Source: a virus
Taxonomy: Duplodnaviria; Caudoviricetes
Reading direction: 5' to 3' (one strand)
IMG/VR virus record: IMGVR_UViG_3300044644_002107
Span: 1-55,569 of that record
DNA length: 55,569 nucleotides
Position 1 is the stretch's first letter; the number at the start of each line of letters is the position of its first letter. Below, in pieces: positions 47,001 to 55,324 of this stretch. The position numbers were made by a program, and so were the translations under genes. A model generated the notes under the pieces. The model ran no database searches, was not told the origin of the DNA, and worked only from the letters and a program-made list of their open reading frames with translations.

Positions 47001-47954
47001 ATTAACAAAATTATTTTGGTTAGCTGTCTTGTCTGCCCAACACCCAATCGGCTGAGCGTTAGTCGTAACTGGAGTCGTTTTTGCTGCTTCTTGATATAGT
47101 GTAGAAGAATCACTAGCATCAAGCCACGTCCGCAAATTAAATACGACTGGGTTATTAGATGAGAACCATTTGTTGTAAAGATATCCTTCAAGCTGCTTAA
47201 TTTCGTAATTGTTATATGGAGTATTTCGAAGATACACTCCACATTCGCAAATGTCTCCATTAAAATAATATTCAGGATCAGAATTGTCAGCAAAGCCTGT
47301 AGAATCGTTACTTCCACCAATACAAAACCTGGACGAAAGAGTTGCATTAAAACCATTATCTCCTCCCCCTGCATCTGTGCTATTTTGAAATCTATTAGCC
47401 CGCATTCTCATCGGTCCGTTGACTGATTGAGTTCTTAAAACGTTCCAGCAAACAATTGTGTAGTCGGAACACGTATTTGACAAAGTAGTATTCATGTTCC
47501 CGTTTGAATGCACCAATCCCAATAAACCATTGGCGATGATGGTGTCTGCAGGAGACGTTCTACTAAGAAAATACCGACCAACAGAACCAGGTCGGCTCTT
47601 AGACATTATATGTTGAACATTAAAAGTCGGAGCAACTGTATTTTTAATAACAGCAAAAAGTAAAGCGTGATTAGTTCCTAAACTTAATACGTCTCCTGCA
47701 GCAAGTAACCCGTTGCCTCCAAATCTTATCGTGTTACTATACTTTTCCGGAGAAGTTCTAATATTTGTTATGTAAGTAGGCCTAGTGCCACTACTAGAGC
47801 TTACGTGATTGTTGTTGCCACTTTGATCTCGCCAAGTCCCAATAGAAGTTCCGCTAGCGGTCACAGGATTGCCAAATTGATCCAAGACTCCTTGATTAGC
47901 ATCTAACCAAAGCTGACAGCCAGTAATATCTAATGGTGACGTTATTAAAGCCAT
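44088..47954 (-). CDS. Two LamG/ConA-like domains plus long beta-helix virion protein
   Basis: Two WLDA...EGYLYNKW / EFYLASKW domains, many GNI.GG repeats and the shared C-terminus. Confidence 0.75.
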   Translation of the reverse strand: MALITSPLDITGCQLWLDANQGVLDQFGNPVTASGTSIGTWRDQSGNNNHVSSSSGTRPTYITNIRTSPEKYSNTIRFGGNGLLAAGDVLSLGTNHALLFAVIKNTVAPTFNVQHIMSKSRPGSVGRYFLSRTSPADTIIANGLLGLVHSNGNMNTTLSNTCSDYTIVCWNVLRTQSVNGPMRMRANRFQNSTDAGGGDNGFNATLSSRFCIGGSNDSTGFADNSDPEYYFNGDICECGVYLRNTPYNNYEIKQLEGYLYNKWFSSNNPVVFNLRTWLDASDSSTLYQEAAKTTPVTTNAQPIGCWADKTANQNNFVNFITTGVTTASRPTYYTSSFHGYPSVWFNGTQFLTLNATSVNTEQSTFIVQTGRSLASSSGGRIYTQVGTITQADTTNNAANYRVAEHLNSLNTRSAMRNSIVFGQVAVPALSSFVVLSQRARDIQGTNVTNGLSIVNYAATSFGTAVSSVCSRIGANLNGSTGAPAVGTFYDGEISEVLVYDRFVTEEERHQIEFYLASKWNIPLANFTYPVYNGNWSNNATWYSNDVPGLSSRVYANGYQVTIDQNITVNTLQTAPYVTFPYLSDGGMFLLNQPYTLNVSGSTTAINHRLFNVIAGSAVCLNMNVNSGVVYLTGNVCSGTALSAYGIIQKGTAPIIIDGNVVGNREIALRNLAGTSITITGTLTGGGNDDAYGLYNTSPFCNITVLSSVRGGTSTRCAGISSTSTGNLVVSGGIFANTGLSACGVYSESTHNIFVTGNILGSTQTNTFGLRTLSANNIEIFGNVAGGSGRFAVGMSVDYFNNLSVTGNISGSSGFNSKGIVGLSASGSVNIVGNIRGGSSTDADGLTCPVVTTLTISGDNILGGTSSSQGVYAPLTDSIKIYGNIVGGSVSGVRAISANRVEVIGNILGSSYSGLYLDSTNSASITGNITGTTADDSDIGAFHALTATDVRIVGNVSGGTAAFCYGVNIKNLLQTFTLSGNLSGGTNATASGMILEGYHSNYISTVALSSNNIVGRTGPAFVNMLMYGNIYVFSPFVLGGTGTVGYAIHNANTGLNANLFLYGNLIGTASPALYVVNEQGPVTINGDIDGGSVTTTLPTVNIIGDTSVKVTGIVRASTNQSAIWSSSQSSMVDITGPIVNASNGRQAVWARTYFQDASNYNQYITHFNDAGSQIVFYAPEAYHSTLIPNASSVAFGVKYAEMSQLSGKPFVNINELTGTMIVPSASSVSFGVPVGIELGKIKLLKEDFIAALNTDLSQNIQNTFGEKIKNICTKQVLLSSAVKLTGATF

Positions 47955-47957
47955 TTG

Positions 47958-48239
47958 TTATAAACCTTTAGCAATAATATATTTTTGAACAGCTTGATAA
48001 ATTTCTTGCATTGCTTCTTGTTCTGGTCCTGTTAAATCCGACACAGTAGCAATTGCGATTGTTTTAGCATGTTGTTCTGATGTTGCTGAATTACCTTGCT
48101 CGTCGAGTTTAGTAGGCACAAGCCTTAAAGAAGTATAAGCTTCAAACTTATTATTTTTATAAAGAGACGTAATAGCTAAATTTGCTCCAAACAACGGATA
48201 AATTTCACCGTTAATTTCAGTAGGGTTTGTTGATTGCAT
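47958..48239 (-). CDS. Small protein within the fibre array, possible assembly factor
   Basis: ATG at 48239 lies 5 nt after TAAATA; ends AVQKYIIAKGL. Confidence 0.7.
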   Translation of the reverse strand: MQSTNPTEINGEIYPLFGANLAITSLYKNNKFEAYTSLRLVPTKLDEQGNSATSEQHAKTIAIATVSDLTGPEQEAMQEIYQAVQKYIIAKGL

Positions 48240-48247
48240 AATTGTAT

Positions 48248-51127
48248 TTATGCAAAAACCCAACTATCAACAAGAGCAGTTAACGTTTGAGTTGTTACTG
48301 TGTTTATAAGCCTTTGGCCTATGCTATTGGGGTGTAATGCTGCTGTTAACGGTACAGTCAAGATTGTATCAGGATCAAATACTGTTGAACCATAATACCT
48401 TTTGTCTGGAGGACCAGCAATTGCTCCAAAATAAAGATTAGAAGAAGCAGGAAGAGCAACGGTTCCCACGAGAGAATTGTTGTTGTATAAAGTATCTTTT
48501 ACCACATCTGATTCGCTAGGATAGCTAAACGTGGCGTTCTCGGTCCAATTGTATACATAAGAGCCTCTATCAGCTCCATTGTGCCTTGTGTATTGAACAG
48601 GATTTCCGATTGGAATGTATTTTACAGAAGGAGCACAAATAGTTTGCATTCCATTTTGAGCATTTAAAATGTTTCCTGTTAAGAAAACCGATAACGTGCT
48701 CGTGCTAGTGGAAAAAATTGAAGGAGTGTGTACGTTTGGCATTAAATTGTCCCCGCTTAACCAAATTTCCATTGAAGCAGTATCAGCCAACCAAACAACA
48801 GGAACAATAGAAGTATTTTTCTCATTCGTTTGTAAATACGAAACCATGTTCACGTCGTTAAAGTATGACCTTGTTCCTCCTGCAAAATAAACAGCTGGCT
48901 TGTACGCTCCAGTCGATGTGCCTTGACTTGGATATAATGTACATTTTGTCATGTATAAAATGCCGTTTGCACTTTGAACTCCAATAGATTCGGTAATGTC
49001 AACAAGATTATTACTGTTGTTTCTAACATCAAAAGAACAATTAGACATTACAGCTGTTGCAGTAGAATTGTTTAAAATAATACAAGGGGAATAACTCCGG
49101 CCGGTTCCGTTTGGAGTATAATTAATGTTTGTTAAATTAACGACGCTATTTGCTCCATTTAACAATAAAGCAGGCCTCGCTCTACTACCAGAGCCGCTTT
49201 TGGAATTGCCCTTCATGCCAACCCTGTCAGCAGATAAAATTGAATTGTCAAGCAAAGTAATACATCCATAAGTTCCGGCTCTTGCTCCTTGCAGACCGTA
49301 TCCTTCTGTGCTAATAACACAGCTCGACAAAACATTTAATGTACTAAAAGAAGCTACGGCTATAGCGTTTTCAAGATATACATTCGTAGCGCTTAACTGA
49401 GTAGGTTGAGATTGAGAAGAAGACACAAGAACCGTGTAAGTAGGCGTCGATACATCGTTTCCGTTTATTACTTCGGCTCTCAATGTGCCAACTCTATTGA
49501 GCATAAATGTTCCTCCTTGAGTTATTAAAGGATTTGCAGAATATCCTCCAATTATTGCAGCTTGTATAGAAGCAAGGTCGCTTGCTGTTACTTGTTTGTT
49601 ATTTGTGTAAAAATAATCTGTTGGTTTGATTGCATTGTGTGGAGCTGGTTCTAAATTAACACTCCACACAGTTGGGTCGCTCCAATCTCCGTTTTTTGTT
49701 GGATACACTGTTCTTGGAACGTTCAGAAAACTCCATTTTCTGGCTAAATAATAGTTTACGTCTTCAATTTCAGTTGGAGTAAGTCCTCTGTCGTAAACAA
49801 TAACTTCACAACATTCTCCTTGATAAAAACCACTGTAACTTGAATGATTTAAATGAGTTTCATTTGTAGCAAAATTGCATAAAGGAGTTAGTGTATAAAA
49901 AACTTTAGCGGGGTCAGTGTATGGGGTATTGTTGGATTGGCTTACAACGTAATAAGCTCCGTGCGATCCGTTTTGAGCTAGGGCTAACGCACTTCCTGAA
50001 AGTTGTGACATGAACACGGAGAAACGGTTGTTTTGCGGGTGAGCATGAGAAATATAACTTCTGTAAGTAGTAGTTGAGCGGCCGCCGGTGTCTACAGGAT
50101 CATAATAATTTCTCATTCCTGGTTCCCAGACAAGCGGCATGAAATTTCTCGTTGAAGCTGTCCCGGCTGTAGATGCTCCTACTGCTACATTAAAGCCATT
50201 TGTTTCTCCACAACGTTGTCCGTATACTGTGCGTTGGCCTGTAGCTGCTCCGTTTGGTCTAGTTAAAACAAAAACCGTTTGAGAAGTATACTGTTTGTCA
50301 AAATGAGATGTAAATCCATCATCTGTTCCGTCAAAAACTAAAGCACTAAGCGTGGAGCTCCACGTTGGTCTTGTTGTTAATAATTTATTACCAATCGAAA
50401 AATGATTATTGTTAGAAGTTTTGTCTTTCCAAAAACCAACCGCTTCTCCGTTTCCAACAACCTGAGAACTCATTGGAGCTACAACAGAACCATACAAATG
50501 TCCTCGATATGTAGCACTCAATTCAAGTTGAGTGTTGTATACGTATACGTTTCCTGCTCTTGGTAGTAGTATTTTAGGATAATAAGTTAAATTTGCGTTT
50601 GTTAAATTGTTGACCGTAAGAGTACAATAAAACCAGCCATTTGTTGATAAAGTTATTGTGGCTGTGGAATTTATTGTTGATCCATATTGAATTAGCGTGT
50701 TCGCAGAGAGGGATCCATTAGAGCTTAAAATATAAGAACAACTAGCCCCTTGAGTCTGATTCAAATTAGTTAATTCCAACTTAACTACTGACAACGGAAC
50801 AAATGGGGACAGTATTGGCTTTATGTATGCAGCAAAAGTGTATCCAGATGGAGCCAAAGTTACTGAAGTTGACAAACCTTGTACTCCCGTAGATGAGGAT
50901 GTGCCTAAAATTCTAGCTCCTTGCAAACCATGAGGACTATATACCGGAGAAGCAATAGATACAGAAGAGACTCCTGTTGTGGCAGTTGGACGCGACCAGT
51001 TGTTAATATCAATCGGATTAGGAATGAGATTTTGTCGGGTTGCACTAACGTTTAAATACATCGTAGAAATGTCCGATGCATCTAACCAGACTATACATTT
51101 AGAAAGATCTGTTGGCTTAGTGATCAT
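48248..51127 (-). CDS. LamG-like (with inserted carbohydrate-binding-like domain) plus beta-helix virion protein
   Basis: WLDASD, insert containing NGWFYC...QLE, VIVYDRGLT...YYLARKW and the shared C-terminus. Confidence 0.75.
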   Translation of the reverse strand: MITKPTDLSKCIVWLDASDISTMYLNVSATRQNLIPNPIDINNWSRPTATTGVSSVSIASPVYSPHGLQGARILGTSSSTGVQGLSTSVTLAPSGYTFAAYIKPILSPFVPLSVVKLELTNLNQTQGASCSYILSSNGSLSANTLIQYGSTINSTATITLSTNGWFYCTLTVNNLTNANLTYYPKILLPRAGNVYVYNTQLELSATYRGHLYGSVVAPMSSQVVGNGEAVGFWKDKTSNNNHFSIGNKLLTTRPTWSSTLSALVFDGTDDGFTSHFDKQYTSQTVFVLTRPNGAATGQRTVYGQRCGETNGFNVAVGASTAGTASTRNFMPLVWEPGMRNYYDPVDTGGRSTTTYRSYISHAHPQNNRFSVFMSQLSGSALALAQNGSHGAYYVVSQSNNTPYTDPAKVFYTLTPLCNFATNETHLNHSSYSGFYQGECCEVIVYDRGLTPTEIEDVNYYLARKWSFLNVPRTVYPTKNGDWSDPTVWSVNLEPAPHNAIKPTDYFYTNNKQVTASDLASIQAAIIGGYSANPLITQGGTFMLNRVGTLRAEVINGNDVSTPTYTVLVSSSQSQPTQLSATNVYLENAIAVASFSTLNVLSSCVISTEGYGLQGARAGTYGCITLLDNSILSADRVGMKGNSKSGSGSRARPALLLNGANSVVNLTNINYTPNGTGRSYSPCIILNNSTATAVMSNCSFDVRNNSNNLVDITESIGVQSANGILYMTKCTLYPSQGTSTGAYKPAVYFAGGTRSYFNDVNMVSYLQTNEKNTSIVPVVWLADTASMEIWLSGDNLMPNVHTPSIFSTSTSTLSVFLTGNILNAQNGMQTICAPSVKYIPIGNPVQYTRHNGADRGSYVYNWTENATFSYPSESDVVKDTLYNNNSLVGTVALPASSNLYFGAIAGPPDKRYYGSTVFDPDTILTVPLTAALHPNSIGQRLINTVTTQTLTALVDSWVFA

Positions 51128-51144
51128 TATTTGTCAACGTATAC

Positions 51145-51849
51145 TTATGTATAAGTTGCTGTATATCTATCAGACCAAGCTACATTTACTGCTACTTGAT
51201 TACTTGATACTGTTCCAACAAGAGTTGTTTTTAATCTGGTTATTTTCCAAATGTTTTGATTGTCATACGTTCCGTATAGAGCTACTCCAGAATATGTGGT
51301 AAATCCTCCATCTCGAATGTCAAATTTTCTTATTGGAGCATATTGTCCTCCAGAAATTGTCCGGACAGTAGAATAAACAGAATCCCAATTGGCTGATGTA
51401 GATGCGTTTGAAGAATAAACAGAATCCCAACTGGCTGATGTAGATACGTTTGAAGAATAAACAGAATCCCAATTAGCTGACGTGTTAGATACAGAACTAT
51501 AAACAGAATCCCAATTAGCTGACGTGTTAGATACAGAACTATAAACAGAATCCCAATTAGCAGAAGTTGATTCTAATTTTGTAGAAACTACAGCGTAGCG
51601 GTCAATATCAAATGGAACTAAATCCTCATCAGATATTCCATCTCTGTACCAATATTTTTGAGGAACATCATTGACAAGTAACCTGACCTCAAGAGATTTA
51701 AATCTTACTGCTGGGGAAATTGCTAAATTTGCTGCGCTAATGGCTCCAGCTATTGTAATGCCATCATATGGACCAGACCACGCGTCTGCTGGAACAGCAA
51801 CTGTCGGCTGAAATCCGTATGGTACTTGAAATCCTGTTGTTAAAGCCAT
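51145..51849 (-). CDS. Virion protein with tandem 14-aa SANWDSVYS repeats
   Basis: N-terminal PADAWSGPY...YWYRDG domain, five repeats and C-terminal WKITR...AWSDRYTATY. Confidence 0.72.
   Translation of the reverse strand: MALTTGFQVPYGFQPTVAVPADAWSGPYDGITIAGAISAANLAISPAVRFKSLEVRLLVNDVPQKYWYRDGISDEDLVPFDIDRYAVVSTKLESTSANWDSVYSSVSNTSANWDSVYSSVSNTSANWDSVYSSNVSTSASWDSVYSSNASTSANWDSVYSTVRTISGGQYAPIRKFDIRDGGFTTYSGVALYGTYDNQNIWKITRLKTTLVGTVSSNQVAVNVAWSDRYTATYT
51370..51566 (-). repeat. 42-bp coding tandem repeat, about 5 copies
   Basis: ataaacagaatcccaa recurs five times at 42-bp spacing. Confidence 0.93.
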
Positions 51850-51857
51850 GTTATTAT

Positions 51858-53876
51858 TTATGCTCTAGTTACTTGATGTCTGTGATTGCTACTGTAAGGT
51901 ATGCCAGCAGTTAGTGTGTATACTTTATATGAAGTAGCAGTACCCGCATAATCATTAACGTTGAACGGATTGTTAATATAGTTATTAGTTAAAGGAGCAT
52001 TTGAAGCATCCAAATCAATTACGTTTGTTATGCTCAAGCTATTGGGCATAGCTACGGTGAAATTAGTATGAGTAGTGCCTGTATGTAAATCAAATGGATT
52101 TTGAGTGCTTGTATTAATGCTTAAAATTGACGATAGAGCTCTGACTTGGCTTGAAGTTGTTGGAGCAGAAGAAGACGGCCCGAGGAATATTAAATTATAA
52201 AAATTAATAAGACTTGTTGAGCTGTAATCTTGAGTTGCATCTGAACGTCTAAATTGATCAACAACTTTAATTCTGTAGCCAATTGAATTGGATCCAGAAA
52301 GCGTCGCATTATTATGATTTGTAGCTGTTATAGTATGAGAATTTGTAATCTGAGCCGTAAACAACCCATTCACTAAACTGACAAGCGTATAAGACACTCC
52401 TGTTGAGGGATTTACTACCTTGGAAACATTTGGAGTAATCCATGCGTTGTTGGTTGCAAGAGCATTTCCGTTGACGTCTGAAATATTAAACGTTGTTCCA
52501 GTAGGCGTTGTTGCAATACGATAAGTATTTCCAATAAATCCAGAGCCTACAGGAAGATCCGAGAAAGTAACTTGGTCGTTTACTGCAATTCCTAGAGATG
52601 CAATATCCCCAGTAAATTGCCCTGATATTCCTGTCTCAAACCACGACCCGCTACCATTAACTTGATATTCTATTGCATAACTAACTAAAGGAACATATGT
52701 TGAAATCCTTGTAATCGTTCCGCTAATATTTGAACTTACATTGCCTTTTTCTCTGGCTAAATTACTCTCACTTCCAGAAATATTAGGCCCAGTCACACTT
52801 ATAGTAATTGTTGGAGCACTGTAAGCTACTACTGTTACGTTATTTGTAGCTGTTACTGCTGCTCCTGCTGTATCTGTTACAACGTATCTGTAGTTAAACG
52901 GTTGAGTGTTGTAATTTGTATCCGTAAGACTATGAATATAAGAACCAGCTGATAAAGTTGTTGCTGATAAGTTGGTCCAAGCTCCTGTGTTGTTTCTTCT
53001 CCAGTCTATAGTTCCTGAAGCACAAGTAGCATTGAGACTTGAAATAAAATGAGTAAAGTTGAGAGTATTGTAAATCGCTGTTTTGTTAAACGTTGTCGTG
53101 GAAGAAGACGGAGTAATAAATGCGGCCGGGGTAATCGGTTCTTGTATGGAAAGTAAAATAACTTCTTTTGGAGTTTTTCCTGTAGCGGGAATAACGGATC
53201 CATTTGAATATCTACCAAATGATTTTCCAATAGGAAGAGAAACTATTAAATCGTTTTGAAATGTCCAATACGCTGAAGCTTGATTAACGTTACTGAAGAC
53301 ACTATTCCAAGTGTCTGAAGACCCTCCCTTTCCGTCATAAATAGCTGATGCGCTTATTTCTCCGTTGACGGTAAATTCTTTATTTGGAGTGCTTGTTCTA
53401 ACGCCTACAAAATTATTTAGAGAATGATCTCCTCCAACGTGAAGGACTTCAATGCCAGAATCCTTATCGTAGAATGACGCAATGTCTCCAGTTCCGTCTT
53501 GGGACACGTATAAAGCAGCACTTGATCCAAAATTAACAACACTTAAAGCACTAGTCGTGTTAAAAATCGTGTTGGCGAAGTATTGAGTTCCAGAAGAAGA
53601 CAAATCTCCGTGAATAGTCACGTCTCCGTATATTTTTCCTCCAGTTAAAGATAAAAATTTAGAAACACCTTGCAAGCTTATGTCTATCCACTTGTCTCTG
53701 GCAGCATTTAGTTGGTATATTTTTCCGTCTTGTAAGTCAGTAACTATCTGACCTGCGTATCTTCTTTCTTGAGTAAGAAAATTGTTTCTCTGAAGAGTTG
53801 TAGAAAAAACTAAATCTAGATCCAGTGGTCCACTGAACTGCCTTTTAAACTGGAGAGGAAAAATAAAATCGCCCAT
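51858..53876 (-). CDS. Modular fibre/decoration protein
   Basis: N-terminal FKRQFSGPLD...RRYAGQIV; segment homologous to the 7972 ORF; C-terminal FTVAMP...YKVY domain. Confidence 0.72.
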   Translation of the reverse strand: MGDFIFPLQFKRQFSGPLDLDLVFSTTLQRNNFLTQERRYAGQIVTDLQDGKIYQLNAARDKWIDISLQGVSKFLSLTGGKIYGDVTIHGDLSSSGTQYFANTIFNTTSALSVVNFGSSAALYVSQDGTGDIASFYDKDSGIEVLHVGGDHSLNNFVGVRTSTPNKEFTVNGEISASAIYDGKGGSSDTWNSVFSNVNQASAYWTFQNDLIVSLPIGKSFGRYSNGSVIPATGKTPKEVILLSIQEPITPAAFITPSSSTTTFNKTAIYNTLNFTHFISSLNATCASGTIDWRRNNTGAWTNLSATTLSAGSYIHSLTDTNYNTQPFNYRYVVTDTAGAAVTATNNVTVVAYSAPTITISVTGPNISGSESNLAREKGNVSSNISGTITRISTYVPLVSYAIEYQVNGSGSWFETGISGQFTGDIASLGIAVNDQVTFSDLPVGSGFIGNTYRIATTPTGTTFNISDVNGNALATNNAWITPNVSKVVNPSTGVSYTLVSLVNGLFTAQITNSHTITATNHNNATLSGSNSIGYRIKVVDQFRRSDATQDYSSTSLINFYNLIFLGPSSSAPTTSSQVRALSSILSINTSTQNPFDLHTGTTHTNFTVAMPNSLSITNVIDLDASNAPLTNNYINNPFNVNDYAGTATSYKVYTLTAGIPYSSNHRHQVTRA

Positions 53877-53880
53877 ATGT

Positions 53881-55206
53881 TTATATTGTTACTATATAAT
53901 TAACAGCTTCGCTGAACGGTTCGACAGGAGCGTATGTATAAACGTTGTAATTGACAGGAGTATAATCATTTAATCCTGAAACCGCAATTGTTGTTAACGT
54001 AAAGTTCTCTTTAACATCTGCCCCAAGACCTTCAATGTATTCTACTGTAGACACAGAACCCAAGGAAGCTGGATAAGCAAAGCAAACATCTATAGAATTA
54101 AGTGGTATATTAATTCTTAACACCGATCCTTTTACTGGATTTAATATATTGTTTTGTAACAACCGTATTCCGTCGCTGTCAGCAGAGCTTAAATCTGTTC
54201 CGTAAAACGCTCTTCTTTTACCTAAAATGCTTGTTGTAGCAGATAAATTTCCAGCTGGTAAAGAAAGTAAATATGGTTGGTTTTTGTTGTTTAGTGGTTG
54301 GTCTCCAGAAAGATATTCAACCGTAGCTGCAAACGTATTTGTTCCTTCTTCTACTTGAAATACAGGAAATTCTAAAATAAAATCCCCTCCGTTATCTAAA
54401 CCACTAAGAATATATTTAGAAGCTTCTCCTGCTCTTGTGTTTTGTAAGGCGTTATTACTCCAAATTCCTCCGATCAAAGTGCCTACAATAGAACCTGGAT
54501 TATATATTGCAGAAAGAGTTACGCCGTACATTCCAACTTCTACGATAGAAGATAAGCTTGTTTGGAGAGTTAGAGTGGGGTCAATTATTGTTGGATAAAA
54601 GGTGGTCTTAAGCAATTGTTCCACGAATCCTTGTAAAGTAGTTCCTCCTGGAACAATTTCCCCAGCACTTATTGACCCTACTTGCATGTCAGCTGTGATT
54701 GAAGGATCTGGGTTGTTTATCGTAAAATTGTTGTTAACTTTAATCAAATAATAATTGTTAAATTCAAATTGCTCAAATGGATTTATTTGATTTGAAGGAA
54801 CATATGTTCTAAGAATTGATTTGTCCTTAGAAGTTGTTTTAACTTCATCTATAAAAGAATTATACGAGCTTATTGAAAGAGAAGTTACAAACGGATAACG
54901 AAATATTGTATATTTACTTGGAGATGAACCAATAAAATCTATTTTATCCAGTATAGTTTCTGATTGAAAATTTTGAAAAGAAATTGGTTGTTTGGCAAAA
55001 ATAATATAACCAGAAAGAGAATCTAAAATTGAAAAATCATTCTGTTGTCCGGAAATGTATTCAGTTAAGGTAGTGTCATTTCCAGAAAGAGTCTTTACAC
55101 TTATTAACTTTTCGTCTATTGAACTAAGCGGAACAAAAGTAATGGAATCATTAGTGATTAAATTAAACTTGCCCAAATAATCTCCTTGACAAAAAACGCC
55201 TTTCAT
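53881..55206 (-). CDS. Modular virion protein
   Basis: VGSISAGEIVPGGTTL and C-terminal CFAYPASLG...YNVY domain; TAAGTA 6 nt upstream. Confidence 0.7.
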   Translation of the reverse strand: MKGVFCQGDYLGKFNLITNDSITFVPLSSIDEKLISVKTLSGNDTTLTEYISGQQNDFSILDSLSGYIIFAKQPISFQNFQSETILDKIDFIGSSPSKYTIFRYPFVTSLSISSYNSFIDEVKTTSKDKSILRTYVPSNQINPFEQFEFNNYYLIKVNNNFTINNPDPSITADMQVGSISAGEIVPGGTTLQGFVEQLLKTTFYPTIIDPTLTLQTSLSSIVEVGMYGVTLSAIYNPGSIVGTLIGGIWSNNALQNTRAGEASKYILSGLDNGGDFILEFPVFQVEEGTNTFAATVEYLSGDQPLNNKNQPYLLSLPAGNLSATTSILGKRRAFYGTDLSSADSDGIRLLQNNILNPVKGSVLRINIPLNSIDVCFAYPASLGSVSTVEYIEGLGADVKENFTLTTIAVSGLNDYTPVNYNVYTYAPVEPFSEAVNYIVTI

Positions 55207-55254
55207 TTTTTATACTTATCATTTTTAAATAAAATACCTTAACTACTCTCTTGC

Positions 55255-55293
55255 AAAAACAAAAAAAACCCCTTGGTGTTATCCAAGGGGTTT
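55255..55293 (-). terminator. Rho-independent terminator
   Basis: aaaccccttgg-tgttat-ccaaggggttt with an A run on the left. Confidence 0.88.
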
Positions 55294-55324
55294 AAAATAC
55301 TCGAAGAGTGGTTCTATTACGTTA

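Noticed and set aside
51370-51566. Regularly spaced repeats resembling a CRISPR array
   Set aside because: The period is exactly 42 bp and in frame, the intervening sequences are near-identical rather than unique spacers, and no cas genes are present. It is a coding repeat.
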